Assembly (NCBI GenBank): GCA_026936335.1
Contig: JAPMXV010000044.1
Span: 310,001-374,000 of the forward strand
Source of the DNA: Mantamonas sphyraenae STR306
Lineage: Eukaryota; Protista; CRuMs
DNA length: 64,000 bases
Direction: 5' to 3'
Position numbers and translations under genes: made by a program
Shown: piece by piece, positions 49,456-61,229 of the stretch
How positions within the stretch are numbered: the stretch's first letter is position 1
Layout of the letters: the number at the start of each line of letters is the position of its first letter
Notes under the pieces: model-generated
The model's input: only the letters and a program-made list of their open reading frames with translations
What the model was told of the DNA's origin: nothing
Database searches by the model: none

Positions 49456-51132
49456 CTATTGCTCCTCCCTTGACTCTTGCTCAGCTTCCTGCTGGTGTCT
49501 GTGTGCCTCTTGCCAATAATGTGCCCAGCATGGACACGGAGCCTGTTGCACCTGCTGTTCCAGAGACAACCCCCGATGTTGTTCGTACAGGTGTGCCTGC
49601 CATTGCTCCCACTGTTGCCACTGTTGCCACTGTTGCCACTGCTGCCATTGCTCCCAATGTTGCCACTGTTGCCACTGTTGCCACTGTGCAATGTACTCCG
49701 CCTCTGCTTCCTTCGCCTGCACCGTCGCCACCTGCTGGGCTTCCAGTTCCGCCATTTTCTGCTGTACAAACACATCCTCCTCATCCTCCTCCTCCTCCTC
49801 CTCCTCCTCCTTATCCTCTTCATCCTCCCTCCCCTGTTCCACATGCCCACCAGCGATTCCACGGTCATCCTCCATGGCATTGGCCCACTCGAGAGGCATG
49901 GGCTTCACCACACAGCGGTGCTGCTCCTGCATGATATCCACAAAGGCCATCTCCGTCTCATCCAGCAGGGTGATGGCCACACCGTGCCTTCCAAACCGCC
50001 CTGTGCGTCCAACACGATGCAGATACGTCTCTGGGCTGTCTGGGATGCCCATGTTGATGACCAGGTTGACATGGCGCACGTCGATGCCACGTGCAAGCAC
50101 ATCCGTGGCCACAATGACACGCACGTCAAAGGCACGCAACTTGTCCATGGAAGCATTGCGTTGCTTCTGGGCCTTGTGTCCACTGAGGGAGGCAACAGGC
50201 CACCCTCGCTCCTCCAATCGCTGAGCAACCTTGGTCACCTGCAACGATCGATTGACAAACACAATGCACTGGTGGAAGCGCAACGATGCCAACAGGTCCA
50301 ACAGCACGTCGATACGCGTGTTGATGTCACCCTGTGAGTCGACCTGCAGATGGAACTGGCGCACAGCCACGAGTGACACTGTCTCTTCGCACAGCTGCAC
50401 CTCCACTGCATCCTCACGCATGTACGCACGCAAACATAGCCGTGATGCAGGTGGGAACGTGGCCGAAAACGCAAGTGTCTGCCTGCGTGTCTCTGGCAAC
50501 TGGCGCACAATGGAGTCGAGCACCTCGGCAAAGTCCCCAGTGGTCAGCTTGTCCGCCTCGTCCAAAATCAACAGTGCCAGATGGGAAGTGTCCAGCATTC
50601 CTTGGTCCAACAGGGCACACAGTCGTCCGGGGGTGGCTGTGAGCACATGGCAATGGCGCAGATGCTCCACGTCCACCTCCATTGGGATCCCACCGATGAC
50701 TGCGTGGCAACTCAGACCTGACACATGTTTGGCCACATCACGCACCACATCGCGTATCTGCAGTGCTATCTCACGTGTGGGGGAGATGATCAGAACCATG
50801 GGAGGGGCACCTTCCGTGTCTGCTTCCTGGTCTTCCTCCTCCTCCTCCTCCTTCTTGCTCTCCTCCTTGGTCTCCTGGTCTCGCATGCGTGCCAACACAT
50901 GTTCCACAGCACACACAGCAAACACACATGTCTTTCCCGTTCCCGACTTGGCTTGCGCAACCATGTCGTGACCCTGCTGGGCCACAGGGATGGCTTTCAG
51001 CTGAACAGGCGACGGCTTGCGGTAGCCCACCTCGTGCAGTGCCCTCTGCACCTCCTCGCTCAGATCCAACTCATCAAACCGCACCTGTGAGTCCAATCGC
51101 ACATCCACGCTGCGTGTGGAGCGACGTGACAT
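49456..51132 (-). CDS. DDX20: DEAD-box helicase, DDX20/Gemin3-like
   Basis: PSPVQLKAIP, AQAKSGTGKTCVF, PTREIA, LDEADKL, SAT and YLHRVGRTGRFG. Confidence 0.75.
   Translation of the reverse strand: MSRRSTRSVDVRLDSQVRFDELDLSEEVQRALHEVGYRKPSPVQLKAIPVAQQGHDMVAQAKSGTGKTCVFAVCAVEHVLARMRDQETKEESKKEEEEEEDQEADTEGAPPMVLIISPTREIALQIRDVVRDVAKHVSGLSCHAVIGGIPMEVDVEHLRHCHVLTATPGRLCALLDQGMLDTSHLALLILDEADKLTTGDFAEVLDSIVRQLPETRRQTLAFSATFPPASRLCLRAYMREDAVEVQLCEETVSLVAVRQFHLQVDSQGDINTRIDVLLDLLASLRFHQCIVFVNRSLQVTKVAQRLEERGWPVASLSGHKAQKQRNASMDKLRAFDVRVIVATDVLARGIDVRHVNLVINMGIPDSPETYLHRVGRTGRFGRHGVAITLLDETEMAFVDIMQEQHRCVVKPMPLEWANAMEDDRGIAGGHVEQGREDEEDKEEEEEEEEDEEDVFVQQKMAELEAQQVATVQAKEAEAEYIAQWQQWQQWQHWEQWQQWQQWQQWQQWEQWQAHLYEQHRGLSLEQQVQQAPCPCWAHYWQEAHRHQQEAEQESREEQ
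49600..49686 (-). repeat. 9-bp tandem repeat encoding (WQQ)n
   Basis: (CCACTGTTG)n on the + strand. Confidence 0.9.
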
Positions 51133-51259
51133 GGGACGCGTGACCAGGGCAACCTTGAAAAGCAACGTGTGTGCTCCGGCGCACCTTGATGCAAACTAGG
51201 ACCCCCTTTTTTTGTGATCACCGACCACATACCCACGTGTACACACACACACTTGCATA

Positions 51260-53553
51260 ATGGGGTTGTTGTCCAAGGGTCATCCGTTGCGGTGGGAGGA
51301 TGCCAAAAAGAAGGCCCAGCATGTGCGGACTGAGGGCGTCAAACAGTTTCTCAACATCTACCATGCCGTCAAAGACCTCTCCTTCCCCTGCTTCATGTGG
51401 GGTGATGAGGTCGAGTATTACCTGGTCTACGTGGACGAGGAACAACGAGTCATGAAGCTCGACGCACGTGCGGGCGACATTCTCGCCCAGCTCAACGAGA
51501 TCGAGTACAAGGCCGTCAAGGACGACCAGACGTGCGTTCCTCCACAAGCATCCCATCATCCCATTGCCTTCCACATGCCCATCCTATCCTGCAAACAGAA
51601 TTCCCTTTGGCGCACCCATGACAGCCTCCCATGGCCTTTTGCCGGGCACTTTCCGGCTGACACTTGCAGCCTAAATCTCCCCCCCAAAAAGCGAGCTCCT
51701 GCTTTCTCTTTGGCGTCCCGAGTACGGCTCGTTCATGATTGAGGGCACACCCGGAAACCCGTACAAGCCCATGCTGAAGTACTTTGAGAACGTGGAGACG
51801 AATCTGGTGTTGCGTCGCAAACTGCTGGAGAAGCAGCTCTCAAGCTCGCAGCGAGTGTTCACGCTCGGGGCTTTTCCCACTTTGGGAATCGAGGGAGCCG
51901 TGTATCCAGACGCAAAGGTGACTCCGGAAAACGACGAGGCCGCAAGCACATCTCTCTATGTGCCCGATGAAATGATCAATGGCCATCCCCGCTTTGCGTA
52001 CGTGTCCACTCCTCTCCGAGGCAATGCGTCGTTGGCCGGTGCCGTGGAGATTCGCTCACACACACACACACCCACAACCACACCCACAACCACACCCAAT
52101 GTCGATCGCCCACAGCACACTGACGCGCAACATCCGCAAGCGTCGTGGCGAGAAAGTGGCCATCAACATCCCGCTGTTCCGGGACAGCAAAACCGAGTGG
52201 ATTGAAGAGGAAGACACCCAGAAGCTGGAGGCACTCCCCGAAGGTGCCCTTCCGAACCACATCTACATGGATTGTATGGCCTTTGGCATGGGCTGCTCCT
52301 GCATCCAATGCACATTCCAGGCATGCAACATCCGCGACTCGCGTTTTGTGTACGACAGCTTTGGCGTGTTGTCGCCGTACCTGCTGGCGCTGACTGCAAG
52401 CACACCCATTCTGCACGGCATGTTGGCAGACACCGATGTGCGTTGGAACACCATCAGTGCCTCTGTCGATGACCGTACGCGCTACGAACGCGGCATCAGC
52501 GACGAGAAGCAGGAGGAAGGAGAACGACGCATTCCAAAGTCGCGCTACGCCTCGATCAGCCGCTTCATTGGCGTGGACGACAGCATGAAGGATGAGTACA
52601 ATGACATCGATGCACCCATTGACGAGGATATCTTCCAGCAGCTGCTGGAGGGCGGGTTGGACGAGCGCCTTGCCAGCCACATTGCACACCTCTTTATTCG
52701 CGATCCGCTGGTCATCTACGAGGAGATGATTGAACAGGACAACGAACTGTCATCCGATCACTTTGAGAACATCCAATCGACCAACTGGCAGACTTGTCGT
52801 TGGAAGCCGCCGCCTCCCAACAGCAACATTGGTTGGCGCACAGAGTTCCGCCCCATGGAGGTGCAACTGACAGAGTTTGAGAACGCCGCATTTCCCATCT
52901 TCATTGCCCTGCTGGCTCGCTCCATTGTCATGTTCCGACACAACCTGTATGTGCCGCTGAGCAAGGTGGACGAGAACATGGATCGGGCACACGAACGCGA
53001 CGCCGTGCTCAACCAGCGCTTCTACTTTCGCCGCCAGAACCAGAATCAAGAGGGCCACGCGGACGAGGACGTGTACGACGAACTCACTCTGGACGAGATT
53101 GTCAACGGCAGCGAGGAGCTGGGCTGGGATGGTCTGGTGGGCTGGTGTCGCCAGTACATCGATGTGATGGTGGAGAACTCGGACGATGACGCACCGCCCA
53201 AGAGCACCCTGGACAAGCTCAACGTCTATCTGGAGTTTATTTCCAAGCGAGCCAGTGGAGAGTTGCAAACCACAGCACACTGGCTGCGCAACCAGGTCAC
53301 CGAACACCCGTCCTACCAACAGGACAGTGTGGTGAGCCATGAAATCGCCTATGACGTGTTGCAAAAGTGCGCTCGCATCCAGGAGGGCGAGGAGCAGGCT
53401 CCCGAGTTGCTGGGCGAATACTGGCGTGGCGTCCCTGACCGGTGTGTCGATGTGCTCACCCAGGATCTGCTCAACTTTTCCGGCGAGGCTTCCGTCACGT
53501 ATCTTACAGGTGCATGCTGTGGACAGAGAAGGACAAGCGAAGCCGACGAGTGA
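51260..53553 (+). CDS. GCLC: Glutamate-cysteine ligase catalytic subunit (3 exons)
   Basis: MGLLSKG.PL.W, WGDEVEY, W.PEYG.FMIEGTP, HPRF, IYMDCMAFGMG, HFENIQSTNWQ and GWRTEFRPMEVQ. Confidence 0.96.
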
Positions 53554-53590
53554 ACACAATGGAAATGCTGTTCGTTCAGCGTGTTCATTG

Positions 53591-54811
53591 TCACCTTTCC
53601 CCGTCCCCGTCCCCGTCCCCGTTGATGCCATCTTCCACTGCAAACAGCCAAGGATTGCCCAGCAACATCATCTCATGGTTCCACACCACGGGGTTGTCAG
53701 ACACGTCGATGTGTTGCAGGGCTGTGTTTTCCACCAGATCAGCCACATCGGGCACACACGAGCCCACCACAGCATTGCTACGCACTGTAATCTTCTTCAG
53801 GGCCTTGTTTCCCATGAGATCTTCCACCAACTCCAGCAAGTGGTCATCGCTGAGTCGGCATTCGTCCAGTTCCAACTCCTCCAGCACTTCGTTGGATACA
53901 AACGCCTCAGCCAGGACGGAAAAGTGGGCAGCAATGTCATTGCCAGTGAGCACCAGCTTCTTGAGACCCACGTTCTCCTGCAGGGCTTCAGCAAGGTGCT
54001 GCAACCCGGGGCCGTCCATGTGGCACGCTGTCAGGTCCAGCACACGCAGTGATCGGTTCATCATCAGTGCCTCGGACAGTTGGATCCATTGGGAGGCATT
54101 GAGACGCTCTGTTGCAAAGGTGCACTCTTGCAGGGCGTCCGAGTTGAGCTGCAACAACACCTTGCCAAACTCTGCCGCCTGTGGCCTCGACAATGATGAC
54201 GAGGATGAGGAGGATGAGGAGGAGGAGGATGATGGCCATTGGGGGGCATCCAGCGTCTCCTGTTCGTCAACCGTCTGTTTGATGTAGTCCCAGGTCAAGT
54301 TGTTGTTGATGTGCGAGTTGCTGGCTCCCACTGTGTCCACTGGGTCAACCATGGACCCTGCCACACCGGGTTGGTTGGACTGAGACACAGTTATGAGGCT
54401 CATGAGCCGTCTCACATGCTCCTCCTTTTGCTTGGCTTCCTGCTCGGCCGCCTGCCACTGTGCCTTCAACGAGTCTGCAACGGCGCGCAGCTCCTCGGCC
54501 GCCGTACGCTCCGCCTCCACTGCCTCCATGCGCTCCTGCACACCCATTGCCCGGAACACGTCCAATTCCTGCGATTCGCTTGCATCCAGCTGGCTTCCAT
54601 TGCCCAGAAACTCCAGGTTGGCCAGATAGTCGTCTTCCGTTTCGAGATCAGCCGCATCAAACTCATCCAACTCCTCCGACTCCTCCAACTCCTCCCCATC
54701 CAGCTCCAGGTCCTCTTCCAGTTCCTCTTCACCGTCCAACTCGTCCATCTCATCGCCAGACAGGTCGTACTCTTCATCGATGGTGTGGTCCCCGATGGCA
54801 ATTTCGGGCAT
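53591..54811 (-). CDS. Acidic N-terminus, coiled coil and RNI-type LRR protein
   Basis: Repeats of the form LAEAL..N..L..L.L. Confidence 0.75.
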   Translation of the reverse strand: MPEIAIGDHTIDEEYDLSGDEMDELDGEEELEEDLELDGEELEESEELDEFDAADLETEDDYLANLEFLGNGSQLDASESQELDVFRAMGVQERMEAVEAERTAAEELRAVADSLKAQWQAAEQEAKQKEEHVRRLMSLITVSQSNQPGVAGSMVDPVDTVGASNSHINNNLTWDYIKQTVDEQETLDAPQWPSSSSSSSSSSSSSLSRPQAAEFGKVLLQLNSDALQECTFATERLNASQWIQLSEALMMNRSLRVLDLTACHMDGPGLQHLAEALQENVGLKKLVLTGNDIAAHFSVLAEAFVSNEVLEELELDECRLSDDHLLELVEDLMGNKALKKITVRSNAVVGSCVPDVADLVENTALQHIDVSDNPVVWNHEMMLLGNPWLFAVEDGINGDGDGDGER

Positions 54812-55151
54812 CGTGGTGGCAAGGTTGTGTGCGCCAACGCGGGCAAGGCAGAAGCAACAGCACACAACAGCATGGCCAGCGTAAGTACAGCACACAGGGG
54901 TGGAGGGAGGGAGAAGGGATGTGTTGGTGGAGTGGAATGGCCACTGCAGGTCGTGTGGACCAGAAGAAAGGACACTCACCACCACAACCACAGCGCGAAC
55001 CCTTGAGCAGGATCAAGAAGCCGACATCGGCACGCATGACATTGACGGTGAGTGAGAGAGAGGGGAGGTTGGGATGGGTGGGTGTGGGTGGTGAAAAAGG
55101 AGGAGAGAGTTCAGATCCCATCCATTGCTGGCACCACACACGGATCCTGAC

Positions 55152-57317
55152 ATGTTCGCGCCAAAAAATCCGCAACGGTGGCCTTTGCAGCAAAAACGCA
55201 AACTGGACGAGCTGAAGGACGAGGACTCGACCCTGAGCAAGGAGGACGAAACACGCATGGCACGCATGCGTGTGGACGACAAGGAGAATTCGGACAACAG
55301 CAAGGAAGGCAGCAGCACAGCGGCGACAAGCAGCAGCAAGAAGAGCAGCGGCGGCGGATTTCAAATCAAGCACACGGCAGCGAGCCGTGCAGCAGCCGAG
55401 CGTGTGCGTGAACGCAAGCGCAAGCAAATGGAGGCCAAACGACGTGAGAACGGAGGAGCAAGCAACACACGACGGGCAGCTGTGCCCACACGCACTCGAT
55501 CGAGCAGCAACCTGAGCACAACCAGCAGCCGCAGCAGTGGCAGCAGCAGCAGGGGCAACGCCTCCACAGCAGCAGCAAGCACAGGCGAGAAGCAGATGAG
55601 CAAGAAGGAACGCTTCCTGCAGATGCAAAAGGAGAACGCAGAGTTTCAGGAGGAGAACAATGCGCTGAAGGAAGAGGTGGCAAGTCTGAAGCTTGCGGCG
55701 GAGAACAAGGACATCGACCAAGCAGCCAAGGAGGAGCAGGAGGAGAACCTTCGTGCGGATCTGGAGCTGCACAAGAAGCAGCTGGGTGAGGCGACATTGT
55801 CGTTGACGTCGCTGCGTGAGACCCTGGACAAGATTACGCAGAGTCACAAGGAGCAGATGCGCAGCATCCAGGACGAACACCTGGCCGAAGTGTCCAAGCT
55901 GACCGCAGACAACCGGGAGCTTCAATCGGAGCGGGACGTGTTGCAGGCGCAGTACGAGCAGAGCAAGGCGCAGGTGCAACGGCAGGAAGAGAACATTGCC
56001 AACCTGACGCAGGAGGTGAGTGGCACACGCGAACAGCTGACCAGCACCAAGGCGGAGTTGGCCAACCAGACGGCGGTGTGTGCCACGCAGGAGGAGCAGA
56101 TTGCCGATCTCAAGGCCCAACTGGCAAAGAGCCAGGACCAGGTGGCGTCGCTCATTGACGAGACCCTGGCCCTGGACTCCCTGCGACGCAAGCTGCACGA
56201 AGAGGTGCAACGCATGAAGGGCAACATTCGCGTGTTTGCTCGCGTGCGTCCGCTGCTGGAGAACGAGCTGGACGAGGTGGCAGCCTCATCGTCGTCGTCG
56301 TCGTCAGAGGGTGGTGGAGCCATGGCCGAGATCGATCACATGCAGTTTAGCAAGGGTGAGGACGATGAGGAGGAGGGGATTGAGATCAGCGCCAGCAAGA
56401 GTGCCGTGGTGCCGGGAGGGGCGAGCAAGACGAAGCGGAACCGGTTTGCGTTTGACCGCGTGTTCCAGCCGGGCACAAAGCAGGAGGAGGTGTTTGACGA
56501 GATTTCGCAGCTGGTGCAGAGTGCACTGGACGGGTTCAACGTGACGCTGCTGGCGTACGGACAGACGGGCTCGGGCAAGACATTCACGATGGAAGGGCCG
56601 CAGGTGGACGGCGAGGAGCGAGGCATGATCCCGCGCGCAGTGGAGCAGGTGTTTGAAACAGCCGCCAACCTGAGCGAAAAGGGATGGGCGTTCAGCCACG
56701 CGGTGTCGTACCTGGAGATCTACTGTGAGACACTGCGCGACCTGCTGGCGGACAGCGGGGCCAAGCTGGAGATCAAACACGATCTGCGCAAGCACACGAC
56801 CGAAGTGACCAACCTGGAGGTGGTGGAGGTGTCGTCGCCGGCCGAGGTGTACGAGTTGCTGCAGGTGGCGGGAAGCAACCGCAGCGTGGGACGCACCAAG
56901 TCCAACGATCGCAGTTCGCGCTCGCACAGCGTGTTCCAACTTCGCATCCAGGGCAGCAACGCAAAGACGGGTGAAACGTGCCAGGGACTGCTCAACCTGG
57001 TGGATTTGGCCGGCAGCGAGCGGCTGTCCAAGAGCGAGGCGCAGGGACAACGGCTGAAGGAGACGCAGGCCATCAACAAGAGTCTGAGCTCGTTGGGCGA
57101 TGTGATTGCGGCGATTTCGGGCGAGAGTGCACATGTGCCGTACCGCAACAGCAAGCTGACGTATCTGTTGCAGAACAGCTTGGGGGGCAACAGCAAGACG
57201 CTGATGTTTGCCAACCTCAACCCGCACCCGGACAACGTGGGCGAGACGGTGTGTACCCTTCGCTTTGCCCAGAAAGTGAAGAAGACGCACATTGGCAGTG
57301 CCAAGAAGAGTGCGTGA
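55152..57317 (+). CDS. Kinesin-14 (C-terminal motor; KIFC1/Kar3/Ncd-like)
   Basis: Neck RRKLHEEVQRMKGNIRVFARVRP, AYGQTGSGKT, SSRSH, LVDLAGSER and HVPYRNSKLT. Confidence 0.95.
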   Translation: MFAPKNPQRWPLQQKRKLDELKDEDSTLSKEDETRMARMRVDDKENSDNSKEGSSTAATSSSKKSSGGGFQIKHTAASRAAAERVRERKRKQMEAKRRENGGASNTRRAAVPTRTRSSSNLSTTSSRSSGSSSRGNASTAAASTGEKQMSKKERFLQMQKENAEFQEENNALKEEVASLKLAAENKDIDQAAKEEQEENLRADLELHKKQLGEATLSLTSLRETLDKITQSHKEQMRSIQDEHLAEVSKLTADNRELQSERDVLQAQYEQSKAQVQRQEENIANLTQEVSGTREQLTSTKAELANQTAVCATQEEQIADLKAQLAKSQDQVASLIDETLALDSLRRKLHEEVQRMKGNIRVFARVRPLLENELDEVAASSSSSSSEGGGAMAEIDHMQFSKGEDDEEEGIEISASKSAVVPGGASKTKRNRFAFDRVFQPGTKQEEVFDEISQLVQSALDGFNVTLLAYGQTGSGKTFTMEGPQVDGEERGMIPRAVEQVFETAANLSEKGWAFSHAVSYLEIYCETLRDLLADSGAKLEIKHDLRKHTTEVTNLEVVEVSSPAEVYELLQVAGSNRSVGRTKSNDRSSRSHSVFQLRIQGSNAKTGETCQGLLNLVDLAGSERLSKSEAQGQRLKETQAINKSLSSLGDVIAAISGESAHVPYRNSKLTYLLQNSLGGNSKTLMFANLNPHPDNVGETVCTLRFAQKVKKTHIGSAKKSA

Positions 57318-57374
57318 GAGCGTGAGAGCAGAGAGCAGAGAGCAGGGTGGAATGCATTTGGTCCCAATTCAAAT

Positions 57375-59203
57375 TCAAATGTCACCACCACCATGATGGC
57401 CATTGGCATGGAGTTCCCGCTGAGCAAAGACAGCCTCACGATGCTCTGCCCACCATGCATGCATCTGTGAGTCGCAGAGGGGCGGCCATTGACAGTCGCA
57501 GGAGTCGGCAAAGGTGAGTGCACGGAAGGTGAGGCTGATACGTGTGTTGCGTGGCAGGAGAGAGCCTGCGTGTCGATCCCAACTGCGACGGTAGATGCGA
57601 TGCTGCCAAATGTACCTGCTCTCCTGGGTCATGATGAGGACCGAGCGACGCGGGAGCCACACTTGTCGCTTGCGGCCATCGACGGCGTGTCGAAACTCCA
57701 TGGCAATGTCTGCCGCGAGACTGACCGAGACAATGCCGTCTGTGAAGGAGGAGTGTCTATCTGCGTGGCCTGATATTCCCTGCCCTGGCTCATACTCGTT
57801 GACTGTGAGCTGATCGGGTCGACTGGGCAGCAAACCAGTGCCCATGAGTCTGTCAGCCACCGTGTGAGCCCATGTGGGAAGCACCTCCTCCCGATGGGTC
57901 TGTGTCTCCGCGTGTTGATCCTGTGTGGCTGTGTCACTCTCGTCACCTTCACCCTGATCAAGGCGATGACCATCATCATCACCAGCACCACCATTGCCAT
58001 TCTCATTGCCATGCGTGCTGTTGCTGGTGAGCACATTGCGTTTCTTGTAGTCAAACTCGTAGCCGTAGTGCTGGACCCGCCTGTTGGTGTCCTTTGTGTG
58101 CCATTCGCTGCTGTAGATGGCCTCCAGCATGGCTGTCTCCTCTTGTTCAGTCACAAAGTCGTGGATGAGGTGGAGTCCTGGCACCTCGATGTCCTGGGTC
58201 ATGCACGTGCACTCGATGCACTCCTGCGACGACAGGTGCATGATGCCATTGTCCAACAACGACGACACACTGGCCACCATGCTACGATCATGCGATCCCC
58301 CAAACACATCCTTCCATGTGGGTGCTGTGCTCTCCACCCATTCAAGCAGCCTCATGCCAGCCTCTGCACTGGCACACACCACACACACGTACGGTTTGTT
58401 CACCACCACATGCACTGCCTGCAGCTCGTTCCCATCATCGGTCGTCATCCACACGTGCTCCTTCAGGAAGGCACACAGCGTATTGATGTTGAGCAAGCCA
58501 TGCTCCATCCCGCACCCAGCCAGATAGACGTATCGAGGATCCCCCTTCTTGTCCCCCTTGCCCACATGTCCTTTGATCTTCCTCCCCTTCTTCTTCTTCT
58601 CTTCGTCTTCTTCGTTTCCTCTGTTGCCATTGTCTGTGTTTCCGACCCCGTGTTGCTTTGTATCCTCGTGGCGTCGTTGGGGGGCACAAAGCTGGCCGGT
58701 TCCGCCGAAAAGCGCACCTGCTGCAACACACAGGGCATATCCTCGGCCAGTGTATCTGCAGCCCATTGCTGTACATCGTAAAGATCCTGGGGAAGAGTGG
58801 GCTGGGCACACAGGGTGTCCAGGGCAACGGCTGTTTGGAAGGGATCGATGTGTTCCGCAAGGAGCTCCAGCTGCACTCGCCGTTGGGCCAGGTCCAGAGT
58901 CAGATACCTGCAGAAGGAGGCATCTGAGTAGTCCCCGTCTGTGGAATGCTCGTCTTGCGGGGATTGGATGTCCACCAGTCGACGTAGGGTGGCCAGGAGC
59001 CAGGCAACGACGGCGTCGGCATCCTCAAGGTTGTCTACCCAGAGTTCCAGATGGCGGACAGAGGGAGGAAACGCCACACTGGCAGACGGAGAGGAGGAGG
59101 AGGAGGAGGAGGAGGAGGATTGCTCGGGAGTGAAGTTGTCCAAGCAGTGCTGTTGGATGGGAGTGATGTGTTGACAGGTGCAGATGTGCGGTGGGACAAG
59201 CAT
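57375..59203 (-). CDS. ALKBH8-like RRM + 2OG-Fe(II) dioxygenase lacking the Trm9 methyltransferase; frameshift near 58600-58700
   Basis: RRVQHYGYEFDY, PDQLTVNEYEPGQGI..HAD, RY.WQH.I, RISLTFR and CDCQWPPLCDSQ. The 5' end is uncertain. Confidence 0.75.
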
Positions 59204-59254
59204 CTGAACGACCACAACGTTATCCCTGGAGGCACCCGCGGGGAATCGAACGAC

Positions 59255-61053
59255 ATGAGTCGACGTGGCATTGGAGCACGCGAGAGTGCGTTGATAGAGT
59301 GGTTCACCAGTGAGGCAGTGGGTGGTCAGTTGCACAGGGCGGTGGAGTTTGCCGTTTTTGACGAAGGGCGTGGGTTGCGGGTGAGCGAAGCGGTGGACAA
59401 GGGCACAGTGCTGTTCTCCATGGACATCCACGAGGCCACGATGGGTTGGGACATGCGCAAACGAATGCAACGTGTGGCCAGGCATCTGCGTGAGGATCCA
59501 CAGGCCACGGATGAGATGGTAAAGTTGGCAGACGAGCTGGAAGAGGAAGTGAGCGGCCACGGGTGGATGCCCGTGCTGATGGAGCTGGCGGAGGAAATGC
59601 ACCTGGGTGAAAACAGCAGATGGGCACCCTATCTGGATGTGCTGCCCACAGAGTATGGTCAATTGGACAGTGTGATGTTTTGGAACGCAGGGGAGCAGGA
59701 CTGGCTTCGCTGCATTTCCCCGGCCCTGGTGGATGCCACCGACTATGAAGCGATCTTTGAGAACCGCTTCCTGCGCTATGCAGAGGCATGCAGTGTGCAG
59801 GGATTGGAGGAGTTTACCCTGAAGCAGTTTCTGGCACTCACTGGGGTGGTCAAGGCGTACTCGTTCACGCTTGGGTCGGACCTGGTCGAGGAGGATGACG
59901 ATGATGAACATCATGAGGGTGCGAACGATGAACCCGTTGGTGTAGTCCTGGTGCCCATGGCAGACATGATGAATGCCAACCATATGTTGCAGAACGTCAT
60001 GCTGGAGATGGTGGGTGGCACGGTGCAGGTGGTGGCCAAGAATCCGCTGGAGAAGAACGAACAGTTGTGGAACTCGTATGGCGACATGCCCAACTTTGAG
60101 CTGCTGAGCAAGTACGGCTACGTGCTGGCGGACAACGACATGGAATTGATGCTGATCACACACAGGGACTGGCACCAGGAGATGCGCAGCTGGTCTTACA
60201 AGGAAGCATACATTGCCATGCGGGGGTGGATGCTACAAATGGAGATCAAAAACGAGAAAGAGGAATTGGAGCGGGGTATCGACTTGTGGCTCGGGGAACA
60301 GGGGTACGAAACGCTGGAAGACACCGGAATGAGTGTGCTGGAACTCAGTAGACACGTATTGGGAGACGGAATGATTGCTCAGTTGCAAATGATGATGCTC
60401 TCTGGCACAGGTCATGTCATTGCGGATTGGAGTCGCATGGAGCTTCTGGATGCAATGGGCCAGTTGTTGGATGAGAGTGAGGACGAGGCGTTTCCCTTTC
60501 CAGCCTTCGAGCACCAACCTCATGCATGATGTGTGGGGCTGTCACGTGGGTGTGTTGGCCATGTATGATCGCTGGTTGGACCTGGCCGAACATGCCACCC
60601 AGGAATTGGCCAAACTGCGCAAGGGCTTGTGGACAGGCGACGAGACGACCCAGACGACGCTGGGAAATGGCTCTGGTGATGAGGTCGCAAGCACCAGAGT
60701 ACGTAGCCAACTCTGATTTGGGGGCCCCCCTCCTGGATCTTGCAAACACCAACGATGTGTTGACATACGGCGAGAAGGCACGCGTGCAGAGGATCCCGGA
60801 CGGACAGTCTCACGTGGAACGTCGACGAAGGAGAGTATGATCCGCTGTTTGATCCGCTGGACGATCTAGACTTTGATGACGAGGATTATGATGATATGTT
60901 CGACTACGAGGAAGAGGATGAGGACGAGGACAGCGAAGGTGAGGATGAGGACGAGGACGATGGAGTTCCGCTGCTCATCGCCCTGCAGGATGAGGAGGAG
61001 CCAACGGAACAATTCTCCAACCCGGATGGTGTAGACGTGGAGGGACAGGAGTG
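59255..61053 (+). CDS. SET-domain lysine methyltransferase (SETD6/Rubisco-LSMT-like); 3' part frameshifted
   Basis: GRGL, SRWAPYLDVLP, AYSF, LVPMADMMN and EQLWNSYG.MPN.ELL.KYGY; acidic tail in another frame. Confidence 0.75.
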
Positions 61054-61229
61054 AACACAGAGTTTGTGTGTGTGTGTGTGTGTGCACTCGGTGAAGGCGC
61101 AAGTGCAGACAACGAAAGTTTCACAGCCCCCATTTCATTTTGTACGTGTGCTGTGTCCCGCACCAACCCTCCACACCCTTCCATGACCCTCCCCCTCTCT
61201 GACACATCGCCACACGTGGACAGCCCTCA

